A DNA stretch of 64,000 nt. It comes from Nageia nagi. Lineage: Eukaryota; Plantae; Pinophyta. How positions within the stretch are numbered: position 1 is the stretch's first letter; the number at the start of each line of letters is the position of its first letter. This document shows, piece after piece, positions 1-12,128 of the stretch. Where the stretch lies: the NCBI GenBank assembly GCA_050084985.1, contig JBITNC010000001.1, positions 191,828,001-191,892,000 of the forward strand, read 5' to 3'. The notes beneath the pieces are model-generated. The model was not told the origin of the DNA. It did not search any database and saw nothing but the letters and a program-made list of their open reading frames with translations. The position numbers and the translations under genes were made by a program.

Positions 1-3000
1 GTTGTCAGCGTGAATGCATTGTAGATGGGAAACGTTGGGAAGATAACTATCCAACGTGCTGATATATGCTGAAGTCTGTGCTTTGAGATCCCTAATTTCA
101 ACACCTTCAGCTAGGAGCTTGTAAATCTGTGAAAACAATCTCTCAATAGCCTCCATCACCTTGTTCTTTAGCTGCTCCTTCATCAATTCCCATCCCTCAT
201 GGAAGGAAGTCTACTTCTGTAAGTGTAAAGGAGTGTTACTAATATTTTGGAACTCTTTTATGATCTTCGTGCTAGCCGTGAGTTCCTTCTTCAACCTCTT
301 CACTTCCTTTTTGGCTTTGTAGCCTTCCCGTTCTATGACTGCAACGTTTTGGGTGACAATATGTTTCTTGGCTATCAACCCCAGCTTAATTGGCATCTTG
401 AATGTCTCAATGACGCGGAGGGGATGCTTCTCTTTCATGTACCAATGACTAATGGAGATCTCCTTTCAAGAGGTGGAGATAAAAGTGTCCACCCTTCGAA
501 TCTTCTCCCCATTTGAAAGTTCTTCTTCCTCATCCTTAGAATGCAGGTCCTGATCTATATCTTCATCATGAGCCGTACTCATGCTTAGGGCTCTAAGGCA
601 GGCATCCAGGTCAATATTTGGATGTTCGGTTGTTGGTTGAGGGGGAAACCTTTGAACCATCAATCTTCCTTTGTCAATTTTCTTGACCTCTTTCGCTAGA
701 GTGGTTTGAACTATGGTCATTTCCTTGCCTTGATGTTCCTCTTGCCGTCTCTTCTCCTTCTGTTCCTCAGTCTCTCCTTCGTCTTCTTCATCTCCTCCAT
801 TATCATCTATAGATAAGCCTTTGTTCCGGAGCTGGGGAGATCTCTCATGACTCCTCTTGGTAGAGGACTTATGCAAAGAAGGGGACTTCTTATGTTCAGC
901 AAGAGAGGACTTAGATGCAGCCACCTCTGTAGCGCACTTCTCAATAATCTGGACGTCCTCATCATAGGTACTGACGTCCACTATCTCTTCTTCTGGGAAG
1001 CACCAACTGCTACATCCTTTTACTCAGGCATATTGGCAGCATTGCTAGCATCATCATCTTCTTCTTCCTCACTACGGATCTCTGATTCTTCCCTAGAATC
1101 TTCCACCGTACAGTCAGGATTTACATCAGCTTCATCTGAAGAAGAAGAGGAATGCTTAGAGCTTAAGCTAGAACTTGGTTGCAATAGGGGAACTTTCTCC
1201 CTTGGACCAGGAGAATGGGTGGATCTGGAAGGAATGGCCTTAGTGCACGAACCACTGCCACAAGTTGTTTTCACCACATTGTCCAACACATCCGGGGGGA
1301 GAGCATGATATCCAACATCTTTAAGATCATCTTCTATTACACTGTGTTTGCTGGGACCTGGGATGAGCTCCCTCGGTGCTTCTTGTCTTTTTCCTGTAGG
1401 AAGCAAGAGTGTCTTCTTTGGTGAGGATGTGGTGTGAGCAGGAGACTTGATCTTCAGAGGGGCCCCTTTAGATTGGGACTTGGCAGTTCGAGGCCTTTGG
1501 AGAGGCTTCTCTTTCGGAAGGGGAGCCTTCTTTTTGCTCAAAAGAGCCTTTATGCATGCAATTTCCCCTTTATCCTGCACATTTTTATATTTTTCTTCAT
1601 CTCCCAAAGGCTTATGTGGAAACGTAATGGGCTTATGAAAAGCTGTATCATAAAAGTGCGCAATTATCCCCTTAGGATCTTAATTCTTTGGAGCAGCCTC
1701 TCTGAAGAAGTTGTACTGCTGTAACTCCTCTCGCATATGTATTGCCTCCACCCATGTCTTGCACCCATGTTTGGCACACATATTTGGATATAGTAATAGG
1801 CAAATTGATTGTGGCATTCTTCTTCTTCTAGACCCTCTCCTTCGGAAACAAGAGCTACTTGGCAAATTCCATGAGAATCAACCTATCACTGGTAAATCTG
1901 GGCAAGAGCAAGGGTTGTTCTTCTGAATCATAGACTCTGATGTATGTAAAATCAGCATCATGCAGGAAGAAATCTGCATGTACACTGATGGCTTGAATAG
2001 CTGCATCAAAAATCCTCTTCACAATGGACTCCCCTTTGATATCTTTGTAGATATAGTATTCCCATTGGTTGGTTCTCTCATATAAGTATTGGAACTTATT
2101 CTAATACCACCACTTTTGACATGCTCTCCACACAGGGTCGTATTTCTGCCCCAAGTGTCTCTCATTAGCTAACTTCTTAGATTTGGTTTTGCCATGCAAC
2201 AACAGGTACACAAGATAAGAGTTCATATAAAACCTCTTCGAGGAGCTGAAATAGGCTAATTGATAGCGCTGGGCATCATTGATTATCCCATCCCATCGGA
2301 TAGGTATCCCTGAACTAACAATTGCAATGAAACCTATTAACACCCTTCTGTACTTAGCATCGTTTTCCTGACCTATCACTCTAGACAAGAGAGTGATCAA
2401 TTTTGACACAATTGGCAGGAATTCTTCTCTTCGTGCACTGATCAATCTCTGTCCTTGAAGATTTTGATAATCTTCAAGCAACGAGGGTCGAATGTAGTCT
2501 CCAGGTTGGGCTGTGGAATCATGAAATTCTTCAGAATGGGTTAGTGTATAATTGTCCCCATACCTCTTCTAACCAAAGGCTGCTTCAATTCCTGCAGGGG
2601 AAAAGTCCATGATCACGTTGCCTTCTGTGTCTTGCATAACTCTTTTCCATAGTCACATTTCCTAGCCACTTCACTGCACAGGTTTGGGAAAGGTACTGGA
2701 AATGGCATCATGGTGGCATTGAACAATCCGCATGTGTGGATGAGCTCCTTTGATAAGTCCTCTTTGTTGATGGAGGACATGGAGGCTAGGGTCAGAATAG
2801 GGTTCAAGTTTCCCCAATCTATATCACCAACGAAAATGTGTTTTCCCTTGAATTTGGTTTCAAGGAGCTCTAGTTTTTTCTTTCTGCTGAATGTCTATTA
2901 GGCTTTCCTTCAAAAGCCAAGTCATCTGACTCTTAGTGACATGCCTCTTGAACAACTGGCTCTGAACCTTCCTTGCTTTCAACAGGGATGTTCTGACGTT

Positions 3001-3009
3001 CGAAGCCAT
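1..3009 (-). pseudogene. Decayed ~1000-aa accessory ORF of element K (N-terminal FYMNSYLVYLLLHG domain, Ser/Glu-rich linker, coiled-coil C-terminal part)
   Basis: Collinear ORF pieces 2613-2807, 2101-2481, 1020-1607, 466-981, 211-438; putative ATG at 3009; homologous to 24207-26315. Confidence 0.75.
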
Positions 3010-4009
3010 GGAAGATATTACTCAACTCGCCTTTCAACTCCAGATGTCTGACCAATCTAGGTGCGTGCACAATTTTAGATGAGTGCAAAGGATTGCTTGA
3101 AAAGTATGTGATTGGGCCTAGGGTCAGTTAGTCAATTTCTTGAACACAATTCTTCACTTCAAATCTGGTCTCATGGTTTTGGATGAGTGCCTAAAACATT
3201 GCCTTGAAAGTTTGCGACTAGGTCCAAGGGTCAGACTGAAATCCCTTAGCCAGAAAGGCTAAACGGATGTGCAACATCCCCAAAACCTTCTTTCTCCCTT
3301 GTTCGCACGTTTTAGAGTGAGTGCCTAAGCCTGCATGAGAAATGCTATGATTGGGTTTTGAAATGGATATGCAATATTCCCCAATGACCTTCTTTCCTTG
3401 GTTGCACGTTTTGAGATGAGTGCTTAAGCATGCATGAGAAATGGTGCGACTAGGAAGAGGAGTGATTCTGAAACGAAGTGATTTGAAATGCTCAAGGGGG
3501 TGGGATATTTATAGGTTTGTGTAACTGCCAAGTGTCACCTTCCAACTGGTCCATCTAAGGGTCAAATAGAAGTCCATAAACAAGGTCGCATGTTTCTTGA
3601 AGTGTGCAAAAGGACATGATGAAAATGATGTGACCAGGTCCTTGAGCACTTAGCCAAATTCCAAGATACTTTGAAGTTTTAACCCTTGTCACACCCTTCG
3701 TGATGGGTGCTAAAAGCACATGCTTGAATCCTTGCACCTGAGTCCTGGCATGCTTCCCAAGGCCTGGGATTTGAAAAACTTTGAAAAAAGTGCAAGTGGT
3801 CGTTGGTCGCACGTCCAAGAAGGAGTGCTTTCTCTTCTGTTCTCCCACGCTTTGCCCTTTGACAAATTTGCAAACTGAAATAAGGGGGCTGATTTTCCTT
3901 TTATAGCCCTTCGGATGGGGCACATGTCACTACAGGATAGGCGTAGACGAAGGTCCAGTGCATGAGCTTCCACTTGTCAACGAAGTTCAACACTTAGCTA
4001 ATTTTCTTC

Positions 4010-4680
4010 TCTATTCTAGTTGCATGGTTTTGGATGAGTGCAAAAGGACTCATCAAAATCCTTGTGACAGCCTTTGATGCTCGAAATATGAAAGGGTGCA
4101 AAAGGACTCTTCATAATGCATGCGACAGCCTTAAAGCTCCAAAAAAATCTGCTAAGTATGAAATCTTTGGTCACACCGATTTGGGTGAGTGCAAAAGGAC
4201 TCATTTCAAAACTACGACAGCCTTGAAAATGCTAAGTATGGAGTTTGGTCGCACCGATTTTGGTGAGTGCAAAAGGACTCACTTCAAAATGTGCGACAAC
4301 AAGAAAAATGCTAAGTGTAAGTTGTTCAGCTTGGTTGCATCGATTTGAAGGGTTGCAAAAGGACTCCACAAAATACATGCGACAACTAAATGCAACAAAA
4401 AATGCTAAGTTTGAGAAAACGTCCAGCCTGGTTGCACCTTTCCTAGAGAGTGCAAAAGCACTCCTTCAAAAACATGCGACAGGTTGAAAATGAGTGTTTT
4501 TTTTTTCTTGCATTTTCGACAAAAAAGACACATGAGATGCAAATGGGGTTCCTACAACATTGGAGGCCTTCAGGATGCCTTCGAACATGATGATGCAAAT
4601 TGACAAAAAAAATGGGGAAGGCTGACTGGTCTCATGGTTTGAGAGGGGTGCAAAAGCACTCATTGAAAAACATGCGAAAT
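4010..4680. repeat. Array of ~50-bp imperfect palindromes (GTCGCA..TTT..GAGTGC-AAAA-G(C/G)ACTC..AAA..TGCGAC) with spacers often containing GCTAAGT
   Basis: Units at ~4018, 4170-4218, 4248-4297, 4333-4383, 4430-4480, 4628-4677; more degenerate units extend to ~3060. Confidence 0.8.
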
Positions 4681-6680
4681 GCTGGAAAATGCATGATTTT
4701 GACTTCAACTAACATGAAAATGCAGTTTAAACACGTTCCCAAGACTGGTACTGAAAGATATGCATCTTCTTTGACAAACTTTTCATACAATTCCCTCTTT
4801 AATTTCCTGAGGGTCCTTGAAATGCGAAATTTTTTTGGGGGGGTGTTGTGTAGGCACAACAGTATCCTTAGAGCATCATTCAACTGAGTCAATCCTTTTC
4901 TTTTTTGCTGATTATCTACCATCAAGTTGTCCTTCCAGTTGCTTAAGTCCATGTCCCTGCACTTGGTAAAAATAGTTACCTCCTTTTCTTTTCCCTTTTG
5001 GGACTGTGGTAAGGTGTCGATGGATGTGACTTTAGCTTCAAAGTCCTCAGTTTTGTTGGGTATCTCCTGATGTTTTGGTGTCTCCTTTGCCTTTCAGTTC
5101 TGTGGAACTAATTTCATTAGGTCCTTATGCCTAGTAATATCCAAAAATGTCCTGTAGTCCACTGCCTTCTTATAGTTTTCTGATCTCTTTTCATATTCTT
5201 TTAGTAGTTTGTCCATTTCTGCTACCTTGGCATCTATCACTGTTATTTCCTTGGGTGGTTTCTTCCTTATGCTAGTGATCATATGGCTACATAGGTCAAG
5301 AGCGTTATCCAATTTTTACTTAGTTTCCTTACCCCATGTTCCATGATGTGACAGTTTCTAGATCTCAGACAATCTCATAAATGGTCTTATCTCTTCCCAG
5401 TTCCCACAAACTGCCAACAGGTGCTACAATGGTGCTCAATCTTCCTTGAAGCTCAATGTTAGTCTCCAAGTTTGTCTAGATGCCAATGAACGAAGCTTCA
5501 ATTCTTGTGTTGTCTTCTAGTGTCCCACGAATGCTTCTTCAGTTTCCTAATGGCCAAACTAATGCCTCTGGATTCCGGTTTCGAATGTTACTTCTCAGAA
5601 ATGCTGTGCTCTTCCTCTAGTCCAATGTCTGACTTTATAGGACTCAAGAATAATTCGAATCTTGCTTTTAACATTTGTGTCATATTTTCTTTCCAAAATT
5701 CAAATTCTGAGCACAATAAAATATAACACCTAAAAAATAACACCTTAATTAAAATATTTCCAAATTTTTCTCCTTATTTCTCTTCAAATTAAATCCACAA
5801 ATAAATTTCAAGCCTGAAATAAAATTGCACAATTAAAATAGCTCAAACCTGAAATTTAATTCCTTCCATTGCGGATGATCTGATCAAGGTTCCAAATTAA
5901 TTAAGCCTATGGATTATGGGCCCGAAAATCAACTCTGATTCACACTGTACCTCCTCTAAGCTCAATGTTCATACACAACTGGCCTTAAACTTTGAATCTG
6001 ATGAAAAATATCTCAAAGTCTTAGCTAAGCATGCCAAAATCTCAAATGTCCAAGTTTTTGTGATTGAATTTTGTAGATTCCTCAGCAAGTTAAGCCTCCC
6101 AAAAGCTCAACATCTCCTCTCAAGCCTCCATTTTTCCATTAGCAAGGCAAAAATTTGTCAAATTTCGAAATATGACCCTCCAGAAACCAACGTTCAACTC
6201 CAAAATGCAGAATGGTTTTTCTAGAATGCAAATGAACCTTCAAATGGCCTCAGAAATGCCCAATGACCTCCTTAAAAGGTCTCAGAAACTCCAAACGGTC
6301 CACATGTTTGCCTTAAACTTCTATGTTAGCCTCAGAATGGCCAAACAAACTTAGATCTAGGTCTCCAACGCAGAAATGAACCTCAAACTTGATGATAATT
6401 TAGCAAAATTTCGAAAATTACCTCTCATCAAGCTAGACAAACCTCCTTGAAGCCTTCAAACTCGAAAATGTAGTCAATTCAGGTCCAACGTAGGTCCCCT
6501 AGTGTCCAAATCCAGCAAGAATGGTACCAAAACTTCAGTGTTAGCCCTCTAGTGTCCACACGAATTCAGATCTCGTCAATTCTTTGAAACCATTGTGATC
6601 TTAGGTTAATACCACTGTGATACCTTAATTCTCCTTAGATCTTCCAGCAGGTCGACAAGATCTACTTAGCAGCTATTCTC

Positions 6681-7900
6681 TATGACGTCCCCCTTGTTTA
6701 GTTGTGGGTCCGAAAGGTTTCTCTTTGTAATATACTTTATTTATGCATTGTACTTTCATATTGTAACGTAGGATAGTAGACTTAATGGGTCCATGGACCC
6801 CACTGTGAGCCCCAAGTGGGACGTCCCCCTCCTAAGGATAGATTAGGCATTTATTATGTACTTGGAGATCCCAAAAATGATTGTGGGAATCCCAAGGTCT
6901 ATAGCTACATTTAGGTGATGGACGGATCATTATTTACCCATGCTAGTCTTGGGGAGGCTCCACACCCTCACGTTGGCCTAGCTAGACACCAGGACTCCCA
7001 CGCATGGCTTCTCGACTCACACGGGCATGTGTGGCACACCTTGGACTCAATGTTGGCGATTAATACACTTTGGTCCCCTACATTGGCATGCCTAACCCTT
7101 AGGTACCCACGTTAGGTATTTTGAGCCCCCACGAGGCCAACGTTGGATTAAAGGAGCTAGGTGATGACTCCCAGGTGAGATCTGAGTAGAGCTAATGTAT
7201 AAATAGACACTGGAGCCACATTATTGGATATACTTGATCATTATTACTTTCATATCGTCCAAAGGACAAGTAGTCTTAGCGGTGCTAAGCAATCTTCCTA
7301 GGTGCAATGTCTAGAGGGCATTCAGGCTAAGGGATCTTGTCTGTCTACGGCACTGGTGTAGTACCTTTGCCCATCCGGTGGTATTCCGAGTTATTGCATC
7401 TACGTTTGGTGATTATCCAGAGTTTGAGGAGGGATCCTTTGGTTGAGAGGATTCTTATTCTGAGGAGGCGTACTATCCTAGGGTTCCAATATTTTTCCAG
7501 TGGTGAGAGACACATTGTATTGCCCTAGTTGACTTTTGACAGGCCAACATAAGCCCTTCTAGGCTTGGTATTGTATTCATCATCATTCTATATCATTTGT
7601 ATAGCCGAAAGGGTATTTGATTTCATATTTGTATTGTCTTCATTACTCTTGTGCATTCGTTGGGTTACCATCGTTTATTTGTGCATGTATGAGCCACATG
7701 TTGACATTGTAAATTGATATTCATTGTGATATATTAGACGTTGGTGTATGGATGTTGTAAATGCTTGATCCTGTAACCCTAGCCTAGATGTTGGAAATTT
7801 TGTATGGTATATGCTTGTAAATGATGCCCTAGGCTTGATGTCAGGGTTATTGTGATCAAATTTGTTGATTTTGCTTTGAGTTGCATTTTGGATCCTCACA
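6681..7900 (+). repeat. 5' LTR of element A
   Basis: tatgacgtcc...ggatcctcaca; direct repeat of 10912-12128. Confidence 0.95.
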
Positions 7901-7902
7901 AG

Positions 7903-7914
7903 TGGTATCAAAGC
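7903..7914 (+). promoter_or_regulatory. Primer binding site (tRNA-iMet type)
   Basis: tggtatcaaagc 2 nt after the LTR end; one mismatch to canonical TGGTATCAGAGC. Confidence 0.9.
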
Positions 7915-7934
7915 ATATATCTGGCCAGCCTGTG

Positions 7935-10090
7935 CATGAGACCTGCAGTACATCACTACTACACTAGATCCAACACTCGGAGAGAGATGGCATCCACTAG
8001 AAAAAGCAAAAGATCACACATTGAAGAGGTGCTTGAAAGAGTTGTCCATGAGGAGGATAGACGACCATGGATGAATGAGTTTTCGAATGATAGAACATTC
8101 GGAGATGGAGAGGAGGCGTAGGGAGAGAGTCATAGAGCTATCAGGAGGAGGAGCTCAACTCCGATTCGGGGATTCACCCTTGAACAAAAGTTTGATGAGC
8201 TCATTTCAGCTATCCACAATATGGCCAGAGCTATGACATCCATTCAAAGGCATATTGACAGGCGTTTGGTGCCCGTGAGGAGCTTGAGAGGCAACATACC
8301 CCCCACATCATGTCAGGGATGAACAAGAGGCACCACGTTACACCCAAGATGAGAGGGAGACCCCATGTCACACCAAGGGTGATAAAGAGGCCCTGCATCA
8401 CACCAGAGATGACAAAGAGGAGCCATATGAGGAGGATTGGGCAGATCAAGAGTCGAGAATAAGGAGGTCTCAGAGTTTGGGGGATCAAGAGTCAACCCAC
8501 CATGGGTCGATGGGACATCTAGAGGCCACATTCTTGAGGGCCCACTCACACTAAGCACCCCAAGGTACAAAGCCTCTCCTAGGGAGGTACTTGGAGAAGG
8601 ACGTTGGTAGGATAGAGGAGCAACCAGTTATTCCAAAACCGTCCAAGCCCATGTTTGCGCAAAAGTCTAGGGAGGTGACAAAGAGTAGAGTTCTTGGCCC
8701 TTTGGAGTTGAATCAAATCTTCAAAGAATATTCTATGTTGGATCTGGGGTTGAGGAGAGATATGAATTTCAACGGCTACCTGGAGATCTTAGGGTTAAAG
8801 GGAAGTAGTTTACAGGGTCCACACAATTTCAGCAGTTTAGGAGATGGCAAGAAGGAGTTACAACTTAAGATCAGTAAGATGCAGGTGCAAATGTTTGATG
8901 GAAAGAAGGTGACGGCTAGGGCACGGTTACATCAATTGCAAACCTATTTCACCCTAAGCCCAAACATGGTGGAGGGGGATGTGATTCATTTCGTATCATT
9001 GCATTTCGAGGGAGATGCTTTGGAGTTGTGGCAGTATGGAGTGATCAACCAAGGTTATTCTCTCATCACTTCCTTCGATGAGTTCGCTAGACGATTGGTC
9101 AAGCGGTTCGATAGGAAGTAGGAAAATGACTACTTCCAGGATCTTACATCATTGACGCAGTTAGGGACGGTGGATGATAGAGTTGCAGAGGATTTCTGTC
9201 ATGATCCACCATATATTGGATGAGAGATTTATATTCCTCTTCATAGAGGGGTTGATGGAGCTGTTGTTGGGGATGGTCAAGATATCTTCCCCTAAGAGTC
9301 TTGATTGACGCTATGTGAGCAGAATATGAGCTCAAGAGCATGGTAAAATCCCTCAAGGGAGCGTAGATGCACAGGGAGTCTATCAATTGATAGCTGATCA
9401 TGGATATAGAAGGGCCTAGGAAAGCCAAACCCTTCTCTTTGCCTAGAACAAATCAGTTGGACACAGCCACACAGAGGAAGTTAAGAGAGGAAGGCAAGTG
9501 CTTCTATTGCAAGAAGACTTGGGAGCGAGGGCACCGTTGTTAAGGAAAAGGGCAAGAGTCAGATGATTCAGACATGGAGATTGGGGTAGATACCCTAGAT
9601 CAGGATTCAACCCGAGTTGAGGGTACGCTAGGGAGCATGATCACTTCACTGTGTGGGTTGAAGAAGTATCTCACGCTGAAGATTGTGGGACAAGCAGGTG
9701 GACAGGATGTGATGGTGTTGATTGATCTAGGAGCGTCTTACAACTTCATCGATGCGGGATTTGCTGAGAAGAACTTGAAGACCAAAGAGTTTGAGGGATT
9801 CCGAGTTTCCAATGCCAATGGAAAGCTCACATTGGTGGATCACATAGTTGAGAGGTTTGGTGTACGATTATAGAGTTGTACGATGAAGTAATATTTCTAC
9901 ATTTACTCTCTGAAGGGACATCCTCATATTATCCTAGGAGTGCAGTTTCTGTTTGACTTGGGTGATATCCACACCAATTATCAGAAACTTACAATGAGTT
10001 TCAAAATTGGTGGCAAGACACATACCTTGCAGGGAATCAGAGATGATTGTCCATAGATGGACAAAAAGAGGTTGGAGGTGATTGAGTGGT
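7935..10090 (+). pseudogene. Decayed gag-protease of element A
   Basis: Gag core FDGKKVTARARLHQLQTYF...HFEGDALELW; knuckle GKCFYCKKTWERGHRC; protease VLIDLGASYNFID...ILGVQFL; contains stops and frameshifts. Confidence 0.88.
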
Positions 10091-10911
10091 GTCAGGAGGA
10101 AGCAAAAGATGGTTCCACATTGAGAGAGCGGAGAGTCAGCAAAGGTTGGTAGGCAATGAGGAGCTCCCACACCCCACGTTGCATCCCAAACAACTTAGGG
10201 GACTGATATTGAGGTATAGGGAGGATGGACACCCCACGTTGGATGCCTGGAGAGCTAGGAGTGCCACATTAGGCTATTGGGAGCCTAGGCATCCTACCTT
10301 GAGTCTTTGGGAGGCTGGACTTGCTACATTGAGTTGTGAAGGTGATGGCTACCTAACATTGGGCATGAGGGAAGCTGTATTCCCCTCACAGAGCACTCTT
10401 GAGTTGGGTGATGATATGTTGGACCTAGAAAGGTCCATTTTGAAGATGATGGTGCAGCCGACATATGGATATGCCATGTTGGGGGATGAGATGATTTCTT
10501 GCTACATACTAGCCATGAAGAGGTTGTGACATCGCATGTTGAGCTCTGAGGAGTACTAGCCTCACATATGGAGCATAGGCTTTATCTGTTTACACTCATG
10601 TATGATTTTCTTAAGGTTCTTGTAGGTACACCTTCTCTTTGATATGCATACATTTTCATGTATATGGAGGACGGCTCTGGAGCATTTGATGAGGAGTGAT
10701 AGTTATAGTAAACCTGAGTGCTTGCTAGTGGTACTGACATATGGACTTGGAGTTTCAACAATGTACTTCATACTACTGTCGTGGGTGAGGAATATTGAAG
10801 TTGCATTACACCATCATAAAACTAGCTTCCAGAATTGAAGGATTCTTGGAAGACAATATGTTGTAGTCTTCCACCATTGCTTGAGGGCAAGCAATTCGAG
10901 AGGGGAGGCTT

Positions 10912-12128
10912 TATGACGTCCCCCTTGTTCGCTTAGTGGGTCCGAAAGGTTCCTCTTTGTAATAAACTTTATTTATGCATTGTACTTTCATATTGTAACT
11001 TAGGATAGGAGACTTAATGGGTCCATGGACCCCATAGTGAGCCCCAAGTGGGACGTCTCCCTCCTAAGGATAGATTAGCATTTATTATGTACTTGGAGAT
11101 CCTGATAATGATTGTGGGAATCCCAAGGTCTATAGCTACATTTAGGTGATGAACGGATCATTATTTACCCACGCTAGTCTTAAGGAGGCCCCACACCCCC
11201 ATGTTGGCCCAGTTAGACACTAGGACTCCCACGCATGGCTCCTTGACCCACGTGGACATGCATGGCACACTTAGGACTCAACATTAGCATTTAATACACT
11301 TTGGCCCCCTACGTTGGCATGCCTAATCCTTAGGTACCCACGTTAGGTATTCTAGGTCCCTAGGAGGCCAACGTTGGATTAGAGGTGCTAGGTGATGACT
11401 CCTAGGTGAGATTTGGATAGAGCTAATGTGTAAATAGACATTGGAGCCACATTACTGGATATACTTGATCATTATTACTTTCATATTGTCCAAAGGACAA
11501 CAAGTCTTAGTGGTCCTAAGCAACCTTCCTAGGTGCAATGTCTAGAGGGCATTCAGGTTGAGGGATCCTGTCTGTCTACGACATTGGTGTAGCACCTTTG
11601 CCCATCCGGTGGTATTCTGAGATATTGCTCCTATGTTTGGTGATTATCTAGAGTTTGAGGAGGGATCCTTCAGTTGAGAGGATTCTTATTCTGAGGAGGC
11701 GTACAGTCCTAGGGTTCCGATATTGTTCCAGTGGTGAGAGACATTGTATTGCCCTAGTTGACTTCTGAGAGGCCAATGTAAGCCCTTCTGGGCTTGGTAT
11801 TGTATTCATCATCATTCTATATCATTTGTATAGCCGAAAGGGCATTTGATTTCATATTTGTATTGTCTTCATTACTCTTGTGCATTCGTTGGGTTACCAT
11901 CGTTTATTTGTGCATGTATGAGCCAGACGTTGGCATTGTAAAGTGATATTCATTGTGATATGTTAGACGTTGGTGTATGGATGTTGTAAATGCTTGATCC
12001 TGTAACCCTAGCCTAGAGGTTGGCAATTTTGTATGGTATATGCTTGTAAATGATGCCCTAGGCTTGACGTTAGGTTATTGTAATTGAATTTGCTGATTTT
12101 GCTTTGAGTTGCATTTTGGATCCTCACA
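10912..12128 (+). repeat. 3' LTR of element A
   Basis: Preceded by PPT 10898-10911; repeat of 6681-7900. Confidence 0.95.

Larger units (their letters stand above)
1..4861 (-). mobile_element. Element K: giant-LTR 'TGTTG' family retroelement (extends beyond window start), carrying a decayed accessory ORF
   Basis: Right end gtgttgtgtaggcacaaca matches the terminus at 32735 and the reverse complement of 19246; ~3050-4861 is homologous to ~30700-32735. Confidence 0.8.
6681..12128 (+). mobile_element. Element A: complete non-autonomous Ty3/gypsy-derived LTR element with Gag + aspartic protease only (TR-GAG-like)
   Basis: LTRs 6681-7900 and 10912-12128; TSD ttctc/ctctc; PBS tggtatcaaagc; PPT gagaggggaggctt; 3.0-kb interior without RT/RH/INT. 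Confidence 0.93.

Noticed and set aside
847-1926. Plus-strand ORFs in element K
   Set aside because: Antisense shadows of the minus-strand accessory ORF
4010-4680. CRISPR-like repeat-spacer appearance (also 32010-32560)
   Set aside because: Eukaryotic LTR context; repeats are degenerate, spacers resemble each other, and there are no cas genes
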